Below are positions 1 through 12,821 of a stretch of 64,000 bases of DNA, piece by piece. Position 1 is the first letter of the stretch. Each line of letters begins with the position of its first letter. The DNA lies in assembly GCA_950097015.1 (NCBI GenBank), contig CATNEN010000033.1, positions 1,488,001 to 1,552,000 on the forward strand. The letters are read 5' to 3'. The translations under genes were made by a program, and so were the position numbers. The notes under the pieces are model-generated. The model worked only from the letters and a program-made list of their open reading frames with translations. It was not told the DNA's origin and did no database searches. Origin of the DNA: Macrostomum hystrix. Its lineage: Eukaryota; Animalia; Platyhelminthes.

Positions 1-378
1 AAACATTATAAAATCTAATGTGTTAACTTGCCTTTATTTATAATTTTTCAGAAATTTCTATGTGCTGTCAATTTTCTCCTCAATTTATCAAGTAGAGTTC
101 ATTTTTATATCTAAATATAAATGATCAAGAATTTCTTCAGCTATCCTGCATTTCCTTTTTACTAGTATAGAAAAAATATAACTTGTACTAGTTTTTTATT
201 ATTAAAGTTAAATAAAATGCTATCACTCAATAGATTTTATCATTTATCATAAAAAAATCTAAGTCAATGTTAAAGTTCTTAAATTAATTACATTTAGTTA
301 CCTCTATGAATTTGCCTTATCATTTCAAACAATGCAGAAGGGTTTTAGCAGTTCTGCATCCCCTACCCACCCACCTAG

Positions 379-1557
379 GCCTGTGTACATCCAGTCAAGC
401 ATGGAGTGCAGAGCAGCAATTTGCGCATTAATTTCAATCATGGCACTACCTGTCTGGCCTTCAAATACTCTGGCGGCATTGTGGTCTCCGTTGATAGCAG
501 AGCCTCCGCTGGTGCCTACATCGCATCCGGTACTGTGAAGAAGGTCATCGAAATCAATCCGTTCCTGTTAGGCACAATGGCTGGCGGCGCGGCCGACTGT
601 CAGTTCTGGCAGCGAGTGCTCAGTCAGGAGTGCCGACTGTACGAACTGCGGAACAAGGTCTGTGCACTGTGGCCTTATTTATGCTTTATTATTTCTCAGC
701 TTTATTGGGATGGTGTGGCAGCAGTCTACGGACTGTTTGTATTTGTTTGTGTGGGAATGCTGTTGCCATTTGATTAAAAAAGATTCGGATGGATAGCTGT
801 GATCAAGAGTTGAAGCTTAAAAAATTTTTTTCTCTTACATTTTCGGACCTATAAAAAACAACAATTAAGCGTTACATTTCTAACTATTAATAAACAGTTT
901 TCTGTATTAGTCATAGTAATAACCCACACGTCGTTTTTTATGTATTAACGAGCTTCTAATTTAGAACTAAAATTAGTATATCGTTACATTTAAGAAGTAA
1001 GATTTTGATAACTCAAAGCACTCGATCAGTATTGGCAGCAGCAATAGCACTTTGATGAAAATATTCAATATTTTTAACGATTAACGATTACTTCTAACCG
1101 ACTTTAATTAACGAAATAAAAAATTTCTAACGATGCCATCCGCTGCCAGGAGCGCATCAGCGTAGCGGCCGCCTCCAAGCTGCTGGCCAACATTCTGTAC
1201 AGCTACAAAGGCTACGGCCTCAGCATTGGCACTATGATTGTCGGCTGGGACAAGAAGGGCCCGGGCCTCTACTACGTGGACGATGACGGCACTCGCCACT
1301 CTGGCAACCTGTTCGCCGTCGGCTCCGGCTCCACCTACGCCTATGGCGTGCTGGACACTTGCTACCGCTGGGACATGACCGACGAGGAGGCCCTGGAACT
1401 GGGTCGGCGGGCTATTTATCACGCCACCTATCGCGACATTGGCAGCGGCAATAGCAACAATGTCTACCTGGTCAAGCCTGAGGGCTGGCGGTTTATTGGT
1501 AATTATGATACGGCTAATCTGCACTATCAGTACAACCCGGTAGCCGCTGTCAACTGA
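379..1557 (+). CDS. PSMB5: Proteasome subunit beta type-5 (5'-incomplete; exons 379-657 and 1150-1557)
   Basis: The spliced frame reads HG|[21 protein letters not shown]...[15 protein letters not shown]...NK|[21 protein letters not shown]...[12 protein letters not shown]. Splice sites are ctag|GCC at 379, AAG|gt at 657 and ccag|GAG at 1150, both phase 0. The catalytic Thr1 follows the propeptide Gly. The start codon is not in the window. Confidence 0.95.
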
Positions 1558-2123
1558 ACTTTTCAACGACCGGTGTTCATTAGCTTACTGCTTCTCTTTA
1601 TTTGCCGAGAGTGCTGCCGAATAGCGAGTTACTCTGTCTTGTGTACTTTGGCTACGCATTGTTCGGAGTGTAACATGCTGTTAGTTTGGGTTGGGTCAAT
1701 CTAATTTGCTAATAGCGCCTTACTAAACTCAGTTACCAGGTACAACACAGTTTGTTACATTTATGCTTTTTCTCGGTAGTAACTCAAATAACTAAACAAA
1801 GGGATTTCAGGACCAGCTAGTCCTAAAATTATTATTTTCCTCCTTTAACTATCGACTAGGAAACTCAATCCATGCTTATCCCGTGCTCCAAGTTCCTATT
1901 TGGCTATATTGGATTATCTAAAAGCAAAATAAATTCAATTAAGAATCTTAACTTGTCGTCAAATTGTTAACACAAAACAAGAAACATATTTCGGCTTCAC
2001 AGCGAATTCAGTTTTTTTTTCTAGTCATTGTTGGGTTATTGGCTGGCAACTAGACTAAGATATTTATCAGATCTTGTATCAGAGAGCCACAAACTATTGT
2101 ATCTTGTTTTTCTCTAGTCCAGG

Positions 2124-3008
2124 TCATTCGAATGTGAACCTCAGATCCGAGCCACGCAGACGCTCAGCAATGTACCGGTCCAGCTCCTCGTTCTCGGCCA
2201 CGGTGAAGTGGTTCTTCCAGTCGCCAATCTCGCCCTTCCGGATGAAGCTGCAGCCTGGCTTCCAGTCCTTCTTGGCTTCTTCTGCGATTGAGAAATTCAC
2301 ATTCGGGTTGGATCGCATGGTCTCAAAGCTGGTCAGATCAAGCGTGGCCTTCAGCAGCTCGTCAGTGAGCTCAACGCCGAGGAACTTGGCGAGCTTGCGA
2401 ACCTGCTCAGCCTTGTTTATCAGAATGTCCTCGTAGAACAGCACCAACACTCTTGGATGGTCTTTGAAGGACCACCAGGACAGGCTGAAGTCAAAGACGT
2501 CGTGATGCGAGACGCTCGCTGGTTCGAAGATAGCGCTTCGCCAATACTCGGAGAACTTGTCCGAGATCGGCTTTCCATCAAATGTTTTAGTTCCATTGAA
2601 GTGGTGGAAGGCCGATACAAGGACATCCTTTGGATTGCGAATGACGACTACATTCTTTGGTCCGGTATCCTTCGATCGGTCGCTCAGGTGCCGCATGTGG
2701 TAGGCCGGAGGCAGGTGAGTCTTCAGCACACGCGGTCGCGGAATCGTTTTCGCCTCCTCCAGCGGGTCTCTTGGCAGGTGTCGATAGAAATCAATAAAAG
2801 GCGACCTGCGCAGAAGTGCCGTGTTTTTGGTCTTCTCAGGGCCCAGGATTAGACAAGATATGATCTCCTGCGTCAGGGTAGTGCCAGACTTGTGGTAGGT
2901 GGACACCACAATGTCGTCATCGAAGAATTCAAAGCTCTCGGCTACCTTCTGCACAATCGCATCTGTTGAGTATCTAGGCGTTATCCAATCTCTCCAGTTT
3001 AGAGACAT
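2124..3008 (-). CDS. Cytosolic (SULT1-like) sulfotransferase, intronless CDS, 294 aa
   Basis: 5'-PSB loop STYHKSGT, RVLKTHL, 3'-PB RNPKDVLVS, LVLFYEDI and C-terminal RKGEIGDWKNHFT motifs. Confidence 0.93.
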   Translation of the reverse strand: MSLNWRDWITPRYSTDAIVQKVAESFEFFDDDIVVSTYHKSGTTLTQEIISCLILGPEKTKNTALLRRSPFIDFYRHLPRDPLEEAKTIPRPRVLKTHLPPAYHMRHLSDRSKDTGPKNVVVIRNPKDVLVSAFHHFNGTKTFDGKPISDKFSEYWRSAIFEPASVSHHDVFDFSLSWWSFKDHPRVLVLFYEDILINKAEQVRKLAKFLGVELTDELLKATLDLTSFETMRSNPNVNFSIAEEAKKDWKPGCSFIRKGEIGDWKNHFTVAENEELDRYIAERLRGSDLRFTFE

Positions 3009-3299
3009 TTCGCGCTCACCTGTGAACTTGCTTTACTTAAGATCCAACGACTGAGTGAACAATCTATTGGACAAACACCTGCTTATGAGCTTGAGCTTTT
3101 CAAAATAATTTTGATAATGCAAAAGATTAGAAATTTGTCTCTGTTGCTCATTCGATACGAGAACTGCTATTGCTGCTAAAAGAGCCTTTATCTTTAATGC
3201 TACACCCGACGTATAAAATAAACTTACTGCTTAACGAATGTATTGAATGAACTTGTAAAAACAGTCATTTTTTGCACAGGCTGCATAATTCCTCCTGAA

Positions 3300-3576
3300 A
3301 GGGCCACATTCATTCTGAAAGGAACATCCCTGTTAAAAGGGCTACATCCCTGCTGAGAGAAGTACATCCCTGTTAAAAGGGCCACATCCCCGCTGATAAA
3401 GCTACATCCCTGCTGAAAGATCCACTTCCCTGCTGAGGTACATCCCTGCTGAGGTACATCCCTGCTGAGGTACATCCCCACTGAGGTACATCCCTGCTGA
3501 GGTACATCCCTGCTGAGGTACATCCCTGTTGAGGTACATCCCTGCTGAGGTACATCCCTGCTGAGGTACATGCCTG
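3300..3576. repeat. Minisatellite, 16-bp core CCTGCTGAGGTACATC with degenerate variants (left part of an array split by the LTR element)
   Basis: The tandem unit is directly visible and the same unit resumes at 7886. Confidence 0.95.
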
Positions 3577-6500
3577 TGGTGTATCCCCAGCCTTAGTTGT
3601 GTCGCTTTGGCCATAGACAATTATACGCGTGCCTGTAACCGTAAGCAAATATACTGAAGATGGCCACCGCGACTGAGCGGATTATTACGCTAAGCCGATT
3701 ATCTAGTAGAGATACAACATGGCATTCGCAAGCAGCGATTAAGCCACCGAGAAAACCATGGCCAGCAAGATCGACATTAAATCCGCACCGAAGTTCGACA
3801 TTGAATCCCAGAAGCACCTATTTGCCCAATGGCAATCGATGTTAGAAGGTTTCGAAGTGCTGTCTCGACTGACTGCAGTGGCAAACGAAGGCGAGAAGAA
3901 GAAACTGCGACTCTACGCTCTACGGAACTGCCTCAGTCTGGAAACACTGAAGCTGGTGGAGAGCCTGCCAAGCTTAAAGGACTAAGACAAGTCCGACGCG
4001 GATAAGATCTTGGAAGCTTTGAAGGCTTTCATAGTCGTGAGATCAACGAACCTTATGAGAGAAGAGAATTCTGGCTAAGAAGCCAACGCCCAGATGAGCG
4101 TTTCTCAGACTGGTTCATCTGCCACCAAGTGCAACTTCGGCAGATGTTGCGACAACTGCGCGAAATACATGCTTCGAAACAGGATCGTCACTGGCACGCG
4201 CGGCGCCAGCATCGTCGAGAAGGTTCTCCAAGAAGGAAGTGGGCTGACCCTGGAGACAGCTAAGCGCATCTGCGAATCTGCCGAATCAGCCAAACACAAG
4301 AGTGTCGTCATCACGGGTGAGCACTCCGCGATGAATGCCCCGAGAGGCAAATCGGCGTTTAAACAGGGACGAGGTCCGCAACGAGAGCACCGCAGCAAAT
4401 CAACTCAACGAGTGACACAATGCCCATTTTGGGGAAGCAGCACGCTCCCACCAGACAGAATTGTCCAGCGTTCGGCAAAGAGTGCAAGAAGTGCGGGAGG
4501 AAGAATCACTTAGCGCAAGTTTGCAAGTCAACGACAGAAAGGACGAGCAAGCCGAAGAACATCTCAGAAGCACATGGCAACACGATCGCCTCAGTGATCT
4601 TAACGGTTGACGACGCGCTTGAGAAGATTGAAGTGACACATGTCGGATGCCGATGCTACCGGACACTGGGTCCAGTATAGACGCGATCCCAGCAGCCGAG
4701 TTGCCAAAGCTGAAGATCAATGAGCTGGCAATGTCTATGGTAGTACCCACAGGAGTGGATGGAAGAACAATTGAGAACTTGGGAACTACAAAAGTACTTC
4801 TGAAACTGGGCGAAAAAGTGCTAGAGAAGGAGATTCTTGTATTTAAGAATATCTCTGGAGCATTTCTATCCCGACAGACCTGCAAGCAGTTTGCGCTGAT
4901 CCCACAAGAATTCCCTCACTACGTTCACATGCACCAGATAACCGGAGGCAGCACACCAAGTCACACCGATGCCGAGCAACTAATGTCCGAATACACAGAG
5001 CTGTTCAAAGGTCAAGTGACGCACATGCCCGGAGAGGAAATTCAAAATTAAACTGAAGACAAACGCCGAACCATTTGCCATCTCATGTCCAAGGAAGATC
5101 GCTGAACCCCTGAAGGACAAGCTGAGGGCCGAGTTGAACGAACTAGAGGAACAGGGCATTTTTGAACGCATCACCGAGCCGACAGAGTGGTGCGCCCCAA
5201 TTACAGTTCAGAATAAGAAGGAATCCGGAAAGATCCGACTCTGCGTCGACTTGAGGAACCTCAACAAATACGTGGTGCGAGAACGCTACATGAGCAGTAC
5301 AGCATTTGAAATCGTCTCGAGATTACCACCTAGGAGCAAGATTCTTTACGAAGGTTGACGCTCTCAAAGGCTACCATCAAATCCCACTCGCAAAAGAGTC
5401 ACAGAATCTGACTACATTTATAACACCCTTCGGAAGATACAGCTACAAGCGCGCCCCATTCGGAATCAGCTCGATCTGCGAACACTACAACAGAAGAATC
5501 GATGAAGCTCTCGAAGGTATGGAAAACGCCTACCATGTAGTGGACGACATTTTAATTGCTCACTCGGACAAAGGGAAGCACATGGAAGCTGTCAGACAGT
5601 TCTTAGACAGATGCAAGAAGTTCAGAATTGCACTGAACCCCAATAAGTTTGTACGTTGCGCAGCCTACAATCACATTCGCTGGATTCCGGATCGATCACG
5701 ATGGCTACTCTATCGATCCTGAGATATCAAATGCGATCCTAGAGTTCCCGACGCCAAGAAACTTAACAGACCTGCGATCCTGGTTTGGATTGATCAACCA
5801 GATCGGATCCTTCAGCAAAGCAGTTGCTGAGCAGTCACAACCGTTGCGCGACCTACTCAAGAGCAAGAATGAATTCGTCTGGGAAGAAGAGCATCATAGA
5901 GCATTCACTGCCATGAGGAAAGAATTAGCAACTGTTCCTACACTGGAGTATTATGATCCAAGCAGACCTACGGCGCTACACACAGATGCGTCAAGACTCA
6001 AGGGTCTCGGTTTCCTGCTAAAACAGAGGCAGCGTGATGGCGCATGGAAGCCTGTACAAGCTGGATCAAGATTTCTTTCTGCTGCAGAAAGCAGGTACGC
6101 GATGATCGAATTGGAATTATTAGCTGTTGCCTGGGCCGCTAAGAAGTGCCACCTCTTCCTGGAAGGACTGCATCACTTTGAAATAGTGATTGACCACAAG
6201 CCATTGGAGCCCATTATAAACGATTACACTCTGGCCCAAATCGACAACCCGAGAATTCAGCGGCTGCGGCAAAAGCTCGACCGATTCTGCTTCACAGCTC
6301 GGTGGATCAAGGGCAAGCTAAATGAGGACGCCGACGCACTGTCCAGAGCGCCGGTGGAGGAGCGTGAAGCGAGCGATCAGATCCTGGAATTCGACAACAG
6401 GGAGCAGGCTATCAGCTCAGTGCACGCTCTATCGCAGTCGGAGAAAGGAATCTCGATTCAGAATACCAGCTCCTTAAGAAGACAATCCTAGATGGCTTTC

Positions 6501-7885
6501 CAAACTGCAAGGCGAACCTCCAAGACAACATCCGCGCTTACTGGCACGTACGGCAACAACTCTGTGTTGAAGACGACCTCATCCTGGCTGGACGACGGCT
6601 TACTGATCCCTAGGAATCTAAGGAGAAGCGTCCTCGAAAATCTCCTGAAGATGCACCAGGGATGCCACAAAATGAAGGAGCGAGCAAGGCAAAGCATTTT
6701 CTGGCCTGGCCTGATTAATGACATCGAGCAGATCGCTAAGACGTGCAAACCATGCCAAGAAAATCTTCCTAGCCTGGCGAAGGAACCCATGGTCGTCCGA
6801 GAGCCACCGGAACGAGTCTTCCAAGAGATCCACGCGGATCTATTTGAATACGCAGGGAAGAACTTCCTTGTCATCGTGGATGGTCTATCCGGTTGTGCAG
6901 CTCTCAATTACCTCGGCGATGATGCACCCGCAATCAAAGTCGTCAGTGCTATCCGACAGAGAACGAGAAATCGGTCCCCGACATTTTCTGGTCAGACGGC
7001 GGTGCATAATTCAACGCAAAAATTCTCAAGGATTTCCTAGCACGCTGGAACGTCGAACACCGAGTATCGTCTCCACATTATCCACAGAGCAACGGACGCG
7101 CCGAAGCTGGGGTGAAAGAAATGAAGAAGATCGTCAGAGGGTCTTGGAACCATCAGACTGGCACGCTGGACTGGGAGAAACTGTCACAAGGTCTCCTAGT
7201 CTATCTCAACACCCCAAGATACGACAGCAACCCCAGCTCAGTGTTCGGCCACCCAATTCGTGACACAATTCCGGCACACAGAAGAGCGTTCGCACCTGAA
7301 TGGCAAAAATCTGCAGATGAGATCGAGGAGAAGCAGGCTAGAGTCAAGGCGGCTACGGAGAAATACTACAACCAAGACGCTCAGCCCCTGCAGGACATCA
7401 AAGTGCACGACAGTGTGGTGGTTCAGGAATGTCGCACCGGAAGATGGGACAAGTACGGCGTGATCGTGGAAGCCGGACGGAATCGAGATTTCATGATTCG
7501 ACTGGCGAGCGGGAGATGTCTACGGCGGAACCGCAAGTTCATCAGGAAGCGGATCCCAGTCAGCCCATTCGAGGCCAAGGAGACCGCCGCGGACGGTTCT
7601 ACCGAGCAAGGCATGCCTGGAGCATCCGGAGGGTCGACTGAGCCAAGGAGGACCCGATTCGGCCGAGAGACTAAGAAACCTCAGAGGCTGCAGGTTGACG
7701 CTAGGAGGAAAACCTATGATAGTTGAACTCTGAAAGGGGAGATGGTGTATCCACAGCCTTAGTTGTGTGGCTTTAGCCATAGACAATTATACGCGTGCCT
7801 GTAACCGTAAGCAAGTATACTAAAGATGGCCACCGCGACTGAGCGGATTATTACGCTAAGCCGATTATCTAGTAGAGATACAACA
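3577..7885 (+). mobile_element. Full-length decayed Ty3/Gypsy LTR retrotransposon (Mag-like), 4309 bp
   Basis: LTRs at 3577-3719 and 7743-7885 (143 bp, TG...CA, 5 mismatches), 5-bp TSD GCCTG (3572-3576 and 7886-7890), TGG-starting PBS-like site at 3720 and PPT GAAAGGGGAGA just before the 3' LTR. Domain order is gag, protease, RT, RNase H, integrase. Confidence 0.96.
3758..7726 (+). pseudogene. Frameshifted gag-pol of the Gypsy element
   Basis: Fragments in several frames: tandem Cys/His knuckles (CPAFGKECKKCGRKNHLAQVC), protease (DTGS-type motif), RT (IRLCVDLRNLN, KVDALKGYHQI, PFGI, VVDDILI), RNase H (LHTDAS, ELELLAV, IDHKPL), integrase Zn (HQG...CKPC) and core (LVIVDGLSG, SNGRAE). There are multiple stops and frameshifts. 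Confidence 0.93.
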
Positions 7886-8920
7886 GCCTGCTGAGGTACA
7901 TCCCTGCTGAGGTACATCCCTGCTGAGGTACATCCCTGCTGAGGTACATCCCTGCTGAGAGGAACATACCTGCTGAGAGCCACACCCTGCTGAGAGAGCC
8001 ACATCCTGCTGAGAGAGCCACATCCTGCTGAGAGAGGTAAATCCCTGCTGAGAGAGCCACACCCTGCTGAGGTACATCCCTGCTGAGAGAGCCACGTCCT
8101 GCTGAGAGTGCCACATCCGGCTGAGAGAGGTAAATCCCTGCTGAAAGAGCCACACCCTGCTGAGGTACATCCCTGCTGAGGTACATCCCTGCTGAGGTAC
8201 ATCCCTGCTGAGGTACATCCCTGCTGAGAGGAACATACCTGCTGAGAGCCACACCCTGCTGAGAGAGCCACATCCTGCTGAGAGAGCCACATCCTGCTGA
8301 GAGAGGTAAATCCCTGCTGAGAGAGCCACACCCTGCTGAGGTACATCCCTGCTGAGAGAGCCACGTCCTGCTGAGAGTGCCACATCCGGCTGAGAGAGGT
8401 AAATCCCTGCTGAAAGAGCCACACCCTGCTGAGGTAAATCCCTGCTGAGAGAGCCACACCCTGCTGAGGTACATCCCTGTTGAGAGAGCCACATCCTCCT
8501 GAGAGAGCCACATCCTGCTGAGAGAGCCACACCCTGCTGAGGTATATCCCTGCTGAGAGAGCCACACCCTGCTGAGGTATATCCCTGCTGAGAGAGCCAC
8601 ACCCTGCTGAGGTATATCCCTGCTGAGAGAGCCACATCCTCCTGAGAGAGCCACATCCTGCTGAGAGAGCCACACCCTGCTGAGGTATATCCCTGCTGAG
8701 AGAGCCACATCCTGCTGAGAGAGCCACATCCGGCTGAGAGAGCCACATCCTGCTGAGGTAAATCCCTGCTGAGATAGCCACACCCTGCTTAGGTAAATCC
8801 CTGCTGAGAGAGCCACACCCTGCTGAGGTAAATCCCTGCTGAGAGAGCCACACCCTGCTGAGGTAAATCCCTGCTGAGAGAGCCACACCCTGCTGAGGTA
8901 AATCCCTGCTGACAGGCGCG
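7886..8920. repeat. Continuation of the CCTGCTGAG satellite with derived 16-19-bp units (GAGAGCCACATC/CACACC, GGTAAATC)
   Basis: Directly visible. It produces the spurious minus-strand ORFs at 7759-8946. Confidence 0.95.
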
Positions 8921-9227
8921 TCACTGATCCATGCTGAAAGAGTCATTCATACTGCAAGCTTAGTTTCTTGTTTATAATTTATACTATATATAGATAACAG
9001 GGATGAAAAACTCGAAATAATGAGCAGTAAGCCATTCGTGAGGTTTGAGCTTTAATACAAATTTGATTGTTTTTTTACGTGGCATCACAATAAACGAGCT
9101 AATATTCAGCAACAGCTGTCTGGTGTATTTAATCGTACTGGTTCGATATTTGTATATAAAAATTGTCACAAAATGTGTGACATTTGTGAGTCAGTAACAG
9201 CCAAATGACGACGATGCTAGCATGCCT

Positions 9228-10508
<1,281 letters not shown>

Positions 10509-10639
10509 TTATTAGAAATTAAATTGAGCACACCTCTGAAGGTTTTAGCTGTCCTGAGCAAGCTCGGAAAGTGAGTAGTGAGTCCCACCTGGCCCTCGGC
10601 CGCTGCTTTTGTAGGCCCCAGCGGTGCTCAAGCGCGTGG

Positions 10640-10694
10640 CCATATTTGGGCATGGTTGCGCTCGCTCGGTCCTCGCTTCCATTGCCTAATTTGG
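10640..10694 (-). promoter_or_regulatory. Two perfect CArG boxes (SRF sites) upstream of actin
   Basis: CCATATTTGG at 10640-10649 and CCTAATTTGG at 10685-10694 both fit CC(A/T)6GG. They lie 160-210 bp 5' of the actin ATG, and a TACAAAAG TATA-like motif is present near 10605-10612 on the minus strand. Confidence 0.7.
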
Positions 10695-11329
10695 AAATGC
10701 GCGCGCTGCAGTCCATTGTTCTGCTGCTGCCTACCCCACCAGCCCCCCAAAACTCTCCGAGTTTCAGCAACCCCAGCCCCCAGCCGCGCTGCCAGGGCCC
10801 GCCTGTCAGGTCCAGTTTGAGCGGGCGTGTTCCAGCGAGCTTGTGCCAGCCAAGTTCTCCTTTGTCGACTTAAGATTTCCATCTAGGGGTCCCTCGCCCC
10901 CCTCAGCAAAGTGAAGCGATGCTGAGCAGCTCTGCTTACAAGAAAACTGCTTTTAGGACACAGAACGACCAAATCTTTTTCTTCTAAATTGTTCGCTAAG
11001 ACTTTGGGCAAAGTTCTCATGCTGAGCTTCGTGAGCCGACTCTCAGGAAGGTCTTCTAATTGAAAGAATATATTCTCAAAATCTACTCAGAGATGCTTAG
11101 GTAGCTCTACGCCCAACTTCTAGTTAGCTCCTGTCTAATTCTTAATTTAGTTTTCATCTCCTAGTCTTTTTATCGCTTTGATTGGCAATAGATGATAAAA
11201 ACAAGGATCCTTTACAATGAGCAGCTGCGTGACAAGAATACTGTTAGTGAAGAAAATTTTGTGCCTGTAAAGCACACTTCTTTAAGATAAATAAATCGAC
11301 CGCTTCTTGCGCCACAGCTCCATCTGCCA

Positions 11330-12145
11330 CTTTTTAGCGCCACTTAGCTCTATTTGTCACTTTTGCCCACTTTTAGCTGCCACTTTTAGTTCCACCTGCC
11401 ACTTTTAGCTCCACCTGCCACTTTTAGCTCCACCTGCCACTTTTAGTTCCACCTGCCACTTTTAGCGCCGCCTGCCATATTTAGCGCCACCTGCCACTTT
11501 TAGTTCCACCTGCCACTTTTAGTTCCACCTGCCACTTTTAGCTCCACCTGCCACTTTTAGTTCCACCTGTCACTTTTAGCTCCACCTGCCACTTTTAGTT
11601 CCACCTGCCACTTTTAGTTCCACCTGCCACTTTTAGCTCCAACTGCCACTTTTAGCTTCACCTGCCACTTTTAGTTCCACCTGTCACTTTTAGCTCCACC
11701 TGCCACTTTTAGTTCCACCTGCCACTTTTAGTTCCACCTGCCACTTTTAGCGCCGCCTGCCATATTTAGCGCCACCTGCCACTTTTAGTTCCACCTGCCA
11801 CTTTTAGCTCCACCTGCCACTTTTAGCTCCACCTGCCACTTTTAGTTCCACCTGCCACTTTTAGCGCCGCCTGCCATATTTAGCGCCACCTGCCACTTTT
11901 AGTTCCACCTGCCACTTTTAGTTCCACCTGTCACTTTTAGCTCCACCTGCCACTTTTAGCTCCACCTGCCACTTTTAGTTCCACCTGCCACTTTTAGCTC
12001 CACCTGCCACTTTTAGTTCCACCTGTCACTTTTAGCTCCACCTGCCACTTTTAGTTCCACCTGCCACTTTTAGTTCCACCTGCCACTTTTAGCTCCAACT
12101 GCCACTTTTAGCGCCGCCTGCCATATTTAGCGCCACCTGCCACTA
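11330..12145. repeat. 19-bp minisatellite CCACCTGCCACTTTTAG(T/C)T
   Basis: About 40 visible tandem copies. One further degenerate unit occurs near 12525-12548. Confidence 0.95.
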
Positions 12146-12821
12146 AAAGGCCGAACCCCGGGGGGAAGCGGGGCCCTGGGAGGCACTCTTAGAAGGAAGG
12201 CAACCGAAGTTGCTAGGAATTGAGTCTCCAGACCCAGGGCGGCACCGCTGCGCACTTTTATCGAGCCCGGGACCGTTGCTCGTGTAGCACTGGGACCGAT
12301 TTCTGTCATGGGTGCCAGCCAAAACTGCGAGAAAACCGCATGGGATAGGACCCGCCTCATCAAGCCGGTACCAGGGACCAGATTTGTCTTTGATTTAGCA
12401 GACCGTCCTTTCTGTCTCGGACCACTGCCAAGCGTGCCAGCTCAGTAATCACCCGTGCCCCCAATGGACAAGAATTCCCAAGACAGTCAAGAGACCGTCT
12501 TTACGGCAACTTTAGTATCACTTGCAACTTTTAGGGCCACCTGCTACTAATCTGTTTCATAAAAAATTAAGGCCAGCAGAAGATAAACTCCAGTCCATTT
12601 AGACAGCAGCATTTACTCACAGTCTTAAGTAGCAACTCTTCATTGACTTGTACAGTCAAATACACTTAGTTCGAAAGTGCAAAGTCTGGCCTTATCAGTC
12701 TGTGAGCATGAGCTGCAGGCCTCACCAGCCTGCGGCAATATAGTCAGACTGCAGCTGGAGTTTTCAGTTCGCAGAACTGAACGGCCAAGTCAGACGGAAC
12801 CAGAGAGCCGAGACGACAGTC

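Noticed and set aside
445-465. PSMB5 mature N-terminus TTCLAF instead of TTTLAF
   Set aside because: The catalytic Thr1, Asp17, Lys33 and Met45 are retained, so position-3 variation is minor.
11330-12145. TAGCGCCACCTG variants resembling a CTCF motif array
   Set aside because: Only the first half of the motif matches, it is present in a minority of units, and there is no evidence of function.
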